The translations under genes and the position numbers were made by a program. This document shows positions 43,413 to 53,718 of a stretch of 64,000 nucleotides of DNA, in pieces (the first letter of the stretch is position 1; every line of letters starts with the position of its first letter). Source of the stretch: Candidatus Methanomethylophilaceae archaeon (GTDB lineage: Archaea > Thermoplasmatota > Thermoplasmata > Methanomassiliicoccales > Methanomethylophilaceae); NCBI GenBank assembly GCA_944320495.1, contig CALUHR010000013.1, forward strand, positions 352,001 to 416,000, given 5' to 3'. The notes beneath the pieces were generated by a model. The model was not told the DNA's origin, did no database searches, and saw only the letters and a list, made by a program, of their open reading frames with translations.

Positions 43413-44440
43413 GGCGCGTGCCGATGGCCGAGGTGCCCTCGCGGATCGCGGGGGAGACGATAAACAGGCTGATGTCCCTCGGATACGTGGACATCCACGC
43501 CAGGATAGCGAAGGGCGACGGCTGCCGTCTGGTGCCGATACTGCCGGAGCACGTGGACGACGTCTCCGCGATGGGGTTCGCCATCACGGAGGGAGACGCC
43601 CATTCGCTGGACCGCAGGACGCCCCAGGAGAGGATCTCGGAGATCCTCGGGGGCATACCTGAACTGAGGGGTCATCTGCCCGACCGCTGGGAGTTCGTCG
43701 GTGACATCGTCATCCTGAAGCTGGACCCGTCCTGCGAACCGTATCTCGACGGCATCGGTGACGCCTATGCGAAGGTGCTCGGCGCCAAGACCGTGTGCGC
43801 GGACGTCCACGGCGTGTCCGGGGAGTTCCGTCAGCCCAGCATGAGGGTGATCCACGGCACCGAGACCGAGTCGGTGCGTCTCGAGAACGGCATCCGTTAC
43901 CGCTTCGACGTCACCAAGGTCATGTTCGCCTCCGGCAACACGGACGAGCGCATGCGCATGAGGAGCCTGGACTGCACCGGCGAGACCGTCGTGGACATGT
44001 TCGCTGGCATAGGGTACTTCACCCTCCCGCTGGCCAGGTTCTCTGGGGCCCGCAGGGTCTTCGCCTGCGAGAAGAATCCCGAATCCTACCATTATCTGGT
44101 GGAGAACGTCCGTCTCAACGAGGTGGGCGATGTGGTGCTGCCCATGCTCGGTGACAACCGCTCCATCCCGGGCAGGGACTTCGCGGACCGCATCCTGATG
44201 GGGTACGTGCAGACGACATCGGAGTTCCTGCCGGCGGCCCTGAGGATGATACGCATCGGCGGGATCATCCACTACCATGACACCTTCCCGGTGGGCGACC
44301 AGGCCCGCAGGGTCGACGAGATCTTCTCGCCGCTCTGCGGATACGAGGTCCTGGGGATCCGCGAGGTGAAGTCCTTCGCCCCGTCGGTGTCCCATTACGT
44401 CGCCGACGTCAGGATAACTTCTCGTTCGCCCCGCAGGCGA
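43409..44440 (+). CDS. taw2: tRNA wyosine-pathway SAM-dependent transferase, Taw2/Trm5 family (CGA 44438-44440; TAG at 44456)
   Basis: DMFAGIGYFT, EKNP, ADRILMGY, IIHYH. Confidence 0.8.
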
Positions 44441-45914
44441 CCAGGAGCGTCCTCATAGCGTCGAGGTACTTGTCCCCGCCCGCCTTGACGACGTTGCCGG
44501 CGAACTGTGCCAGATAGTCGGCCAGCTCCCTCTCCGCCGGGGAGAGCTTCATGGAGGGCTCCCCTCCGCAGGCGAGGATGAACGCGGCAGCGACTGAACG
44601 GGACTTGCTGTCCTTGAGGGACGTCTTCTCGACGGTCTCGGCGACCATGTTGGCGCCTCCGACCTTGGCGGCCTTGGCCAGTCTGTCTATGACCTGGGTC
44701 ATCGGTCCGGGGCGCCTGATCTCCGGCAGGGATGCCACCACGTCGGCCGAGAGGAACACGCTGTACGCGTTGTCCAGCGCCTGCATGGGCTGGGAGCGGG
44801 ACACGTCTCCGACCGCATCGGCGGTCCTGGCGTCGGTGTGGGTCCTGATGATGTCCTTCCAGTCGGACTCCCACAGCACCGACAGGGCCTCGCTGACCCT
44901 GGGGGTCTTCAGGACCACGGCGCGGCTGTTCTCGGAGAGGAACCTCCTGAGGGTGTCCCTCTCCCTCTCGCCGCCTTCCAGCGCGGAGATGAACGCGTCC
45001 AGGTCCGAGCCGTAGTTGGCGGTGCCCACGATGTAGGTGGCCGCGGCTCCGTCCTTCAGGCTGCCGAGCTTGGACCTCTTGACCGATGAGATGAGGGCCG
45101 CGTCGCCGACCTTGCCGATCATGTAGTCCTTGAGACGGTCGCCGGTGATGGGCTCGATGTCGCTCTCCCCGGATGAGTGGTACTTGTGCCTCACGCGGAC
45201 CTCCATGTCGTCCATGGGGTCGACGGCCGCCAGCCTGGACACGATGTACATCAGGGTCGAGACGTCACGGGCGCAGTTCTCGCATATCGAGATCGTCTCG
45301 TCCAGGGACTTCACGTGGATCTCCAGCACCGCGGAGGTGGTGTGTCCGCAGGAGAGCCCATCGTCCGGGAACTCGTAGGGTGTCTCCCAGAATGTGTCGT
45401 AGAGGTACCCCTCCGGCATGTTGGGCGAGTCGGAGCACACCAGGTCCTCCCCGAACGAGTACAGGTGGAGCTTGTTCTTCTTGATGATGTCGGAGTACAG
45501 GAGCAGCCTCTTCTTCGGGTCGTCGTAGTACTGGCACCCGATCAGCTTCGCGGCGTTGACCGTCCCGCGCACCGCGTAGGACACGGTCTCCCCTCCGAGC
45601 TTCCCGGATGCGAGCATGGGCACCGAGCCGGACGCCGCCAGGGATATCGTCCCGGCGTAGGCGCGGACGATGTCGTCGCCACCCAGCCTGGACGCCTCCT
45701 TTATGAGGGCCTCGGGGTCGTTCCTGATCTTCTGGAGGCCGTCTATGTGCTTGAAGGGCTTGTCGAAGACGCACTTCCTGCAGTTCCCGGCGCACTGGGG
45801 CCTCAGGATCCCGGGGTCGTCGGCGAGCGTCCTGGAGCGTTCCAGCAGCTCGTCCTCAAGTCTCTTGGAGGTGTGCTTGACGCCCCTCATCCTAAGCCTC
45901 TTCTTCCCGGGCAT
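44409..45914 (-). CDS. Conserved hypothetical protein with Cys clusters
   Basis: 501-aa ORF with strong codon bias; CAGNCRKC, ICENC. Confidence 0.7.
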   Translation of the reverse strand: MPGKKRLRMRGVKHTSKRLEDELLERSRTLADDPGILRPQCAGNCRKCVFDKPFKHIDGLQKIRNDPEALIKEASRLGGDDIVRAYAGTISLAASGSVPMLASGKLGGETVSYAVRGTVNAAKLIGCQYYDDPKKRLLLYSDIIKKNKLHLYSFGEDLVCSDSPNMPEGYLYDTFWETPYEFPDDGLSCGHTTSAVLEIHVKSLDETISICENCARDVSTLMYIVSRLAAVDPMDDMEVRVRHKYHSSGESDIEPITGDRLKDYMIGKVGDAALISSVKRSKLGSLKDGAAATYIVGTANYGSDLDAFISALEGGERERDTLRRFLSENSRAVVLKTPRVSEALSVLWESDWKDIIRTHTDARTADAVGDVSRSQPMQALDNAYSVFLSADVVASLPEIRRPGPMTQVIDRLAKAAKVGGANMVAETVEKTSLKDSKSRSVAAAFILACGGEPSMKLSPAERELADYLAQFAGNVVKAGGDKYLDAMRTLLVACGANEKLS

Positions 45915-46007
45915 GCGGACGGGGATATCTTAGCCATAGATAAGGTTCGGCTCGGGATGTTCGCGCGATGTGTTTATCGCTCCGATCGCGTTCGTACGGG
46001 CGATACC

Positions 46008-46490
46008 ATGGAGTCGCGTTTCGAGATGGAGGTCCGCGGGATGCTGGCCCGTCCGCCCCTCGGATACAGGAACGTGCCGGCCGAAGGGCTGGAGCTGTTC
46101 TGCAGGGCCCTGACCCATGACAGCTACACCAACGAGCACGGGGACGAGTCCTACGAGAGGCTGGAGTTCCTGGGGGACGCGATCCTGGAGTTCGTGGTGT
46201 GCGAGGCCGTGTACAGGGACACCGACCTGAGGGAGGGTGCCATGACCGACTTCAAGCAGGACAAGGTGGCCAACCGCATGATCTCGGAGCGCGTGCTGGC
46301 CTCCTGGCCGGAGATCGATTCGATGATGAGGGTCGGGGGAGGGCATGTAGACCGCTCCACCGGAGCGAAGCTCATCGAGGAGAACATGCGCGCGGATTTG
46401 TTCGAGGCGTTGCTCGCCGCGGTGTACCTCACGTACGGGATGGACGAGGTCAGGCGCCTGGTCGGGGAGGTTATCCTGGGCAAGGGATAA
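46008..46490 (+). CDS. rnc: Ribonuclease III catalytic domain without dsRBD
   Basis: ALTHDSY, YERLEFLGDAIL, ADLFEALLAAVYL. Confidence 0.88.
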   Translation: MESRFEMEVRGMLARPPLGYRNVPAEGLELFCRALTHDSYTNEHGDESYERLEFLGDAILEFVVCEAVYRDTDLREGAMTDFKQDKVANRMISERVLASWPEIDSMMRVGGGHVDRSTGAKLIEENMRADLFEALLAAVYLTYGMDEVRRLVGEVILGKG

Positions 46491-46553
46491 AGGTTGTGAA
46501 TCAACTATCGTTGCGTTATTCTATTAAACGCTGAAACGATACACGTTGCCACC

Positions 46554-47999
46554 ATGTCCGACCTCCTCTCTTAGGTGAAAGGTGGGGAATCCACCATTCT
46601 CGAATTCAAGGAGTCTCTGCAAGAGGACAGCATCGGCTGGTTGAAGACGGTCGTGGCGTTTGCCAATGGCAGGGGCGGAAGGCTCGTCGTGGGCGTAGAT
46701 GACAGGGGTGAGGTGTTCGGAGTCACCAAGGAGGAGCTGGAACAACTCTGTCAGAGTATCGACGATTCCATATCGGATTCCATAGTCCCGCAGATATCGA
46801 GAGATGTCTATGTCCAATCTCTTGAGGGCGAGTCGGTGGTGGTCGTAGAGGTATATCCAGGGCCTGGCAGGCCATATTACATCAAGAGGCTCGGTGTGAA
46901 GGAAGGGACTTTCGTTCGCAGGGGAGCATCCACTCGCCTGGTGGACGATGCCACCTTGGATGAGCTCAGGCTTCAGGGGAAGCGCTCGACATTCGATTCT
47001 CTAGAGAATCTCGATATTGCTGTTACCAGAGAGAGGACAGATTGTATAATCAGAAAGGTTGGGGAGTTATACGGTGCCGAGATCGATGAGACCGATCTCC
47101 GCAACTGCGGTATCATCAGGGTGAAAGATGGCCAGGATATTCCAACCAATGCATATGCCCTTCTTTGTAGCGACTCTCCGTTCCTTTTCACAGAAGTCAG
47201 GTGTGCTCTCTTCAAGGGTCGTAACGGGACCGAATTTCTAGATCAGGCGGATTTCTCATGTCCTATATTCGAACAGATTGAGAATGCCTATCGTTTTGTT
47301 CTCCGCAATATCAGGAAGAGCGGACGTGTAAGTGGTCTTGTTCGCGAGGACAGATACGAGATACCGCCCGATGCGATTCGCGAGGTAATCGTGAACGCCG
47401 TTCAGCACAGAAGCTACATCAATAGCAATCGTCCGATACATCTGGCCATATTCGACGACAGATTGGAGATAACGTCCCCCGGAATCCTTCTGATAAGTCG
47501 TGATGAGATGAAGCAAGGTCGCACGGAGCATCGCAACCCCGTGATATCCAAATTCTTCAGACTCGTCGGCATTTGCGAAGGTTGGGGGAATGGGATGTCA
47601 ACGATCATCCACAACTGCGTGGAATATGGGCTGCCGGAACCATCCATAGAGGAAGGGCCCGCGGATGTCATAGTCACAATCTGGCGTCCTGTGGATTATG
47701 ATCAGTCTCATGACACTGATGATGACACTGATGACACTGATAATCAGTCTCATGACACTGATGACACTGATAATCAGTCTCATGACACTGATCAGATAAG
47801 AACTGTCCCCAGAAATCGCAGAGAACAGATAATCCAGATGATGGAATCGGATCCATCCATCTCAATAGAGGGCCTGTCCAAGAAGTTGGGTATGTCCAGA
47901 AGCACGATCAACCGTGATATACAGAGGCTCAAGGCAGAAGGTGTTCTCTCGAGGGATGGAAGCAGCAAGAAGGGCCTTTGGACGATTCACCGGAATCGA
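46554..47999 (+). CDS. AlbA_2/Schlafen-like domain + HATPase_c_4 + HTH protein (in-frame TAG 46572-46574; ends at CGA 47997-47999)
   Basis: ILEFKE, VAFANGRGG..VGVDD, REVIVNAVQHRSY, IFDDRLEITSPG, RNP; lower GC. Confidence 0.8.
47701..47792 (+). repeat. In-frame tandem repeat encoding QSHDTD(D)TD
   Basis: Three ATCAGTCTCATGACACTGAT units with GACACTGAT sub-repeats. Confidence 0.9.
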
Positions 48000-48009
48000 G
48001 GTCTGATGC

Positions 48010-49518
48010 ATGAGACTGACCGCCGAGAACTACGACATCGGCATCGCCGAGCCGACGGCGTTGCTGCACGAGGACGACTGCAGGATCATCGGGATCCGCG
48101 AGGGCGACCACGTCCGCATCGAGGGGCGCGGATGCGTCACCGCGATAGCCAGCATGTCGGACACCCTGGTGAGGCGGGGCACGGTCATGATAGCCTGCGG
48201 GGTGCTCGGCGCCAGTTGCATCCACCCCGGCGATGAGGTGGAGGTCACCGCCGCGCCGATCCCGGAGTCCGTGAGGGCCATCCGCGGCAAGATGGACGGG
48301 GAGGAGCTGTCCCCGGAGGAGATCTCGCAGATCGTCGACGACGCGGTCCATGACAGGCTGTCGAGGATCGAGACCTCCGCATGGCTCACCGCCCTACACA
48401 TACGCGGCATGTCCATGTGCGAGACGGCGTCCTACACCAGTGCCATGGCGTCCACCGGCTCGGTCCTGGACTTCGGGGACCGCCGCGTGTTCGACTTCCA
48501 TAGCTTCGGAGGGGTCCCGGGCAACAAGATCACACCGATCGTGGTGTCGATCGTCGCGTCCGAGGGCCTGCTGATCCCGAAGCTCTCGTCGAGGGCCATA
48601 AGCAGTGCCTGCGGGACGGCCGATTTCGTGGAGGTGTTCTGTCCGGTGACCCACGGCTCGGACGATGTCCGCAGGATCGCGGAGTCCGAGGGCGGGGTGT
48701 TCTCCTGGACAGGTGCCACCGACCTGGCCCCCGCCGGGGACCGCTTCATCAGGGTCCAGCGTCCGCTCGGTATCGATCCGAAGCCGCAGATGCTCGCGTC
48801 GATCATGGCGAAGAAGGTCGCTGCCGGTGCCACCGATGTGCTCATGGACATCCCGATGGGGTCCGAGACCAAGGTCAGGTCCCCGGAGGAGGCCAAGGCC
48901 TACGCCCGCGACCTGATGGAGCTCGGGGACCTGCTGGGCATGAGGGTGGAGTGCGCGGTCACGTACGCGGACCAGCCCCTGGGCGTCGCCGTCGGGCCCG
49001 CGCCGGAGGCGAGGGAGTGCATCCAGGTGCTCGAGAACAGGCCGGGCCACGAGGAGGTGGCCGAGAAGGCATGCATCTGCGCCGGGATGATCCTGGAGAT
49101 GGCCGGGATGTGCGACGGCACCGTCCGCGCGAGGGAGTGCCTGACGTCCGGCCGCGCCCTGGAGAGGTTCAGGGCGATCGTCCGCGCCCAGGGCGGTATG
49201 GACGGGATAACTTCCGAGGACGTACGGCTGGGGCGCTTCTCCGCCGATGTCGTCTCGCCGAGGGACGGTTTCGTCAACCGCATATCGAACAGGGCCGTGG
49301 TCTCCGTGGCGAAGGCCGCCGGTGCCCCGGCGGACAAGGGCGCCGGGCTCGTGCTCTCGAGGAAGCGCGGGAGGAAGGTCGCGAAGGGCGACGTGCTCAT
49401 GACGGTGTACTCGGACAGCGAGGACAAGCTGGAGGACGCGCTGGAGGCGGCCGCGGAGCTGGAGCCGTTCGACATCGACGGGATGCTGCTGGACAGGATC
49501 AGGCCCGGCTCCCTCCGA
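48010..49518 (+). CDS. deoA: AMP phosphorylase (ends CGA TGA)
   Basis: HSFGGVPGNK, SSRAISSACGTAD, MDIPMG, DKGAG. Confidence 0.92.
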
Positions 49519-49600
49519 TGAGATCGACCCCTTCGGAGGGGCATAGAACTCTTTAAATACAGCATCCACTTAGCGCGGTTCATTCAACTCGGTGAATGAT

Positions 49601-49792
49601 ATGGGAAGAATAAGACCCACCTACATCAAGAGAGTCTCCATCGAACTCATCAACAAGTATCCTCAGGCGTTCAGCAAGGACTTCGACGCCAACAAGGAGA
49701 TGGTCAGCACCCTGACCGATGTCACCTCCGTCAAGATGAGGAACAGGATCGCCGGATACATCACCCGCTACCTGTCCCACCCTGAGGCGTGA
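49601..49792 (+). CDS. rps17e: 30S ribosomal protein S17e
   Basis: MGRIRP, DFDANK, RNRIAGYIT. Confidence 0.96.
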   Translation: MGRIRPTYIKRVSIELINKYPQAFSKDFDANKEMVSTLTDVTSVKMRNRIAGYITRYLSHPEA

Positions 49793-49822
49793 AAACCCCT
49801 TAACCAAACACTTGGCAATTCT

Positions 49823-49899
49823 GCCCGCGTGGGGTAGCTTGGATATCCTGTGAGATTGCGGATCTCTTGACCCGGGTTCGAATCCCGGCGCGGGCACCA
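49823..49899 (+). tRNA. tRNA-Arg(GCG)
   Basis: GCCCGCG/CGCGGGC acceptor stem, loop TTGCGGA, TTCGAAT, encoded CCA. Confidence 0.93.
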
Positions 49900-49976
49900 T
49901 CATTCTTCATTACGGTGCTCCCAGCGGGAGCTTCATAGAAAAGAAAAGGTGGCGGTCCGTGGACCGCCGTTTAGGT

Positions 49977-50495
49977 TCAGTTGTCGCCGTTGGTGACGTA
50001 CTTCTTCGCGATGTCGACGATGGCGCCGATGGCCAGGAGCACACCGCCCGCAACGCACACCCACACTCCGGTTCCGGCGCTGACGGATGCTCTGGCCAGG
50101 CCCTCGAAGTCGACGGCGTCCATCTGTCCGTTGAACATGATGGCGAGTACGAGTGCGACGATGGCGAGGATCAGGGAGACGGCTCCAAGGATCCTGTTGA
50201 TCGTGGGGATCTTGTTGTAGACGATCGGGATGATCGTGGTGATGAGCGAGAGGACTCCTGCGACGAGGCAGACGATCGGCGCGTAGGCGTAGTCGAACTC
50301 CACATCGCTGAATTCATGTCCCTCTATAGTCACAGTCCCGTTGAACACGTCCATTCCGGACATGGTGACGCTGGAACCGAACCCCATGATGGTGACGTTC
50401 ATCTCGGCCCATGCAAGGAACACTCCAGCTATCATCAGCACGGAGCCGATGAGTCCGATGATTCCCATCCAATTGACATTACCTGAAGATGCCAT
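49977..50495 (-). CDS. 4-TM membrane protein
   Basis: Hydrophobic helices; FLAW...SGMD pattern. Confidence 0.65.
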   Translation of the reverse strand: MASSGNVNWMGIIGLIGSVLMIAGVFLAWAEMNVTIMGFGSSVTMSGMDVFNGTVTIEGHEFSDVEFDYAYAPIVCLVAGVLSLITTIIPIVYNKIPTINRILGAVSLILAIVALVLAIMFNGQMDAVDFEGLARASVSAGTGVWVCVAGGVLLAIGAIVDIAKKYVTNGDN

Positions 50496-50723
50496 GTTAT
50501 CACCGGTCTTTGACCGTGCTCAATAATACTCCAGCATCCGTATTTAATACTGATACGAAGAGCTCCGACGGATGACGAATGGACGGGGAATGTCATGTGA
50601 AATGCGCGTCATCCAACTCCGGGGCGCCCTCCCATGGACGGATCCCGACAGTCTCGGGAGCGACATCTATTATCTGGGAGGTCGCTACCGTGCCCAGCGC
50701 GTCCCATGAGACGGGGGCGAACG

Positions 50724-50936
50724 ATGGAAGGGGAGGGGTTCAGAACGGCCAGGATATGCTTTTCGGACGGGTCCGTGGACGCGGTCCAGGATCAGACGAT
50801 CGAGGACGCGGTCCGGTCGTCGGGCCGCATCCCCGATTCCTATGTTTATCTCATCGCCGGACGCCCGGTGCCGATGGACGCCGTCCCTCCAGAGGATTCT
50901 GAGGTCCGGGCGATGAGGGTCGCCTCGGGCGGATGA
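50724..50936 (+). CDS. ThiS/MoaD/SAMP-like ubiquitin-fold sulfur carrier
   Basis: 70 aa ending VASGG-stop. Confidence 0.8.
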   Translation: MEGEGFRTARICFSDGSVDAVQDQTIEDAVRSSGRIPDSYVYLIAGRPVPMDAVPPEDSEVRAMRVASGG

Positions 50937-52868
50937 TCACTCGTCCTCATCCGGCTTCGGCCAGACCTCGCGGACGACCTCGATGTCGCCAGGGGGGACG
51001 ATCCTGGAGATCTCCTCCTCGGGGACCTCGAACCTCTTGGCGATCTCGTTGGCCTTCCTGCCCGACTTTGGCTTCCCCGGGCGGATGACCATGTACTTGT
51101 CGCAGCCCTCGAAGCACTCGGCGGGACCGCACATGACCTTCCTGGCGCCCTCGTGGAAGATCTCCCCGATGACCAGCTCCATCGGGAGGTGGTACTCGTA
51201 GTTCCTCTTGCCGCGGACGATGAACGCACCCCTGGGCACGAACTCGCCGGGATTGGGGGTCTTGCTGACCTGGTCCGGGAACACCCAGAACGCCCCTCCC
51301 TCCGAGAGGGCGGCGATCCAGGCCTTGGACTGGGTGATGGCGAACAGGCATGCCTGGCGGAGTTCCTCGGGGGACGCCTTGGCGCCGTCCTTGATGACGA
51401 CCGACGGCGCCCCGTGGACGTCCGCGTGGGCGTAGAGGTCGCCCTCCTTCAGATGCTTCTTGACGATGTTGTCGTTGCTGTGGGCGTCCCTGCCGGCCAT
51501 GACGAGCCTTCCGCCGGTGGTGATGAACCACTTGTACCTCTCGAACCAGAACTGCTTGGTCGGCTGTGCGCGCTCCGCGGCGAGGGCCCTCTCGCGGTCG
51601 ATGCCCTTCTGGATCCTGGCCAGCTCCTCGCGGCTCTGGTCCAGGGCCTCCTTGGCGCGCTTCGCCTTCTCGCCCACCTCCTTGCCCCTCTGATACAGGT
51701 CGGACGCGTTGGCGTCCACGCCCTTCTCCCAGTCGAGGGTCATCCATCTGCCGCCCAGCTGGGCGCGGACCGTGTGCTTCGCCGGGTCGATGGACTCGAC
51801 GAAGGGGATCCTGGCGGCCCCCTCGGACAGCTTCTCCCACGTCAGCTTCGAGGACTGGTCCTTCAGGACCGCCAGGAGCTCCGTGGCCTTCTGGTAGTCG
51901 GTGTACAGCGCCTCGGCGTCCGCGCGGTGCTCCTGCTCCTGGACCGAGTACTCGTCGAGGGTCTCCTCCTGCTTGGAGATCCTCTTCATCATCTTCTCGA
52001 CGGCCGGGTCGACGTACGCCTCCTCGGCGGCCTCGCCGGTCTCCTTCAGATAGGTCTCGATGACCTCGGACATGGTGCCGAACGTTTTCGCCTCGAGGTC
52101 CGAGCGCGAGACCAGCGAGACGGGAGCGAAATCCTCTATCGCGCCGTCCCTGAGGTAGGCGGTGGGCCTGGGGTCGCTGAGGACGGTCTCCACGATGCCC
52201 CTCATTTCCGCGTACATCCTGCGGACGTCGTCCTCGGAGAGGCCCGCGGCCGGGACGGACTTGTCCACGCCCGCGCGCCTGCAGACCTCCTCGGCGTACT
52301 GTCCGCCGAGGTTCACGGCGGTGGCCAGCGTTCTGACGGCATCCGCGTCGGAGCCCCTGACGGATGCGGCGAACTCCTCCTCGGTGGATTCGGTGGGGTC
52401 GAACCTGGACTTGGGGGCGACGTAGGGCTCCCCGGGACGGGTCTTCCTGTCCCTCCAGGTCTTCTGGACCAGGCAGTTCTGGATGATGCCGTCCTTCACC
52501 AGGAGCACGTTCCCTCCGCCGAACATCTCGAACACGAGGATGTAGTCGCCGTCGGACTTGGACATGGAGATCTCCATGACCCTGTCGAACCCGACCTGCC
52601 TAACGCCGTTGACGCGGGCGTTGTCGATGTACTTCCTGAGGAACGAGGCGAACGCCGTGGGCATGGTGGGGGTGTCGGGCTTGGACGAGGGGCAGAACAG
52701 CCATTTCCTGTCCGCGAAAAGTAGCTCCCTCTTGCCCTGGCCCTGGACGTTGAATCTGAAAAGGACGTTCCCGCCCCAGTGATGGATCTTGTCCATGTGG
52801 GCGCCCTCGAGGTTCGAGAGCTCGGTGACGACCGAGCGCAGGTCGAAGGCGCTCATCTCCTTCTTCAT
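50937..52868 (-). CDS. Rqc2/NFACT ribosome quality-control protein
   Basis: MSAFD, QVGFDR, FEMFGGGN, WFERYKWF, GRDAHSND, HADVHGAPS. Confidence 0.92.
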   Translation of the reverse strand: MKKEMSAFDLRSVVTELSNLEGAHMDKIHHWGGNVLFRFNVQGQGKRELLFADRKWLFCPSSKPDTPTMPTAFASFLRKYIDNARVNGVRQVGFDRVMEISMSKSDGDYILVFEMFGGGNVLLVKDGIIQNCLVQKTWRDRKTRPGEPYVAPKSRFDPTESTEEEFAASVRGSDADAVRTLATAVNLGGQYAEEVCRRAGVDKSVPAAGLSEDDVRRMYAEMRGIVETVLSDPRPTAYLRDGAIEDFAPVSLVSRSDLEAKTFGTMSEVIETYLKETGEAAEEAYVDPAVEKMMKRISKQEETLDEYSVQEQEHRADAEALYTDYQKATELLAVLKDQSSKLTWEKLSEGAARIPFVESIDPAKHTVRAQLGGRWMTLDWEKGVDANASDLYQRGKEVGEKAKRAKEALDQSREELARIQKGIDRERALAAERAQPTKQFWFERYKWFITTGGRLVMAGRDAHSNDNIVKKHLKEGDLYAHADVHGAPSVVIKDGAKASPEELRQACLFAITQSKAWIAALSEGGAFWVFPDQVSKTPNPGEFVPRGAFIVRGKRNYEYHLPMELVIGEIFHEGARKVMCGPAECFEGCDKYMVIRPGKPKSGRKANEIAKRFEVPEEEISRIVPPGDIEVVREVWPKPDEDE

Positions 52869-52893
52869 GGGCGCGCGTATGCCGATTCAGTAA

Positions 52894-53562
52894 TTAGATG
52901 ATGGGGATGCCGCAGATGGAGACGCTCTGCTCGGACATGTGCCTCTCCATCCTGTCGACCACCGCGGAGATGTCGCGCCTCTCATGCTCCAGGAGGGAGT
53001 CCACGAGCCTCACGACTATCTCCATCGCCTTCCTCACGTCGACCTTGTCGGGGTCGGACACCATCCTGTGGATGAACGCGGAGGTGACGCCGGTGAGGGC
53101 GTCCAGGACCATCAGGGGATGCTCGGTGTCCCTGAACTCGCCGGTCTCGTGCCAGGTCATGACGGTGTCGCTTATCCTGTCGCGGATGGCGCGCTTCTGG
53201 CTTATCAGAGACAGAAGCTCGGCGACACGGGGGGAGCGCTCGGAGAGGTAGAGCTCCATGCAGAGGACGTAGGACAGCCTGTCCGACCATTCGTAGTCGG
53301 GGTCGGTCTCCGGGGCCTGGTGGGCGACCTCGGCGAGGGCGATCATTATGATGTCCGAGAAGATCTCCTCCTTGCTCCTGTAGATGTTGTACAGGCTGCC
53401 ATTGAGGATGCCCACCCTCTGAAGGATCTGGCGGGTGGTGGTCTTCTCGTATCCCTGCTCGAGGAACAGCTTGACGGACTCCTCGAGGATGCGTTTCCGT
53501 ATCCCCTCCGTCTTCTCGCTGCGCTTCCTGCGAATCTCCAGGTGTGATTGGGTTCCGCTCAT
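52894..53562 (-). CDS. TetR/AcrR-family regulator
   Basis: LFLEQGYEKTT, GSLYNIYRSKEEI. Confidence 0.9.
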   Translation of the reverse strand: MSGTQSHLEIRRKRSEKTEGIRKRILEESVKLFLEQGYEKTTTRQILQRVGILNGSLYNIYRSKEEIFSDIIMIALAEVAHQAPETDPDYEWSDRLSYVLCMELYLSERSPRVAELLSLISQKRAIRDRISDTVMTWHETGEFRDTEHPLMVLDALTGVTSAFIHRMVSDPDKVDVRKAMEIVVRLVDSLLEHERRDISAVVDRMERHMSEQSVSICGIPII

Positions 53563-53671
53563 GCTCGTTCCGTTCTTCCCTTCGGGATCATGACTCCACT
53601 GCTCACACATCTCTTAAACTTTGACAGTCGGCCCTTCGTCCCGGGGAGAAGCTTCGTCTCCGCTCGAAATA

Positions 53672-53717
53672 TGAGCATGCTCAAATTTATAAAGGATGGA
53701 TTTTGAGCATGTTCAAA
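53672..53717. promoter_or_regulatory. Two palindromic operators flanking a TATA box
   Basis: TGAGCATGCTCA (53672-83), TTTATAAA (53686-93), TTTGAGCATGTTCAAA (53702-17). Confidence 0.75.
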
Positions 53718-53718
53718 G

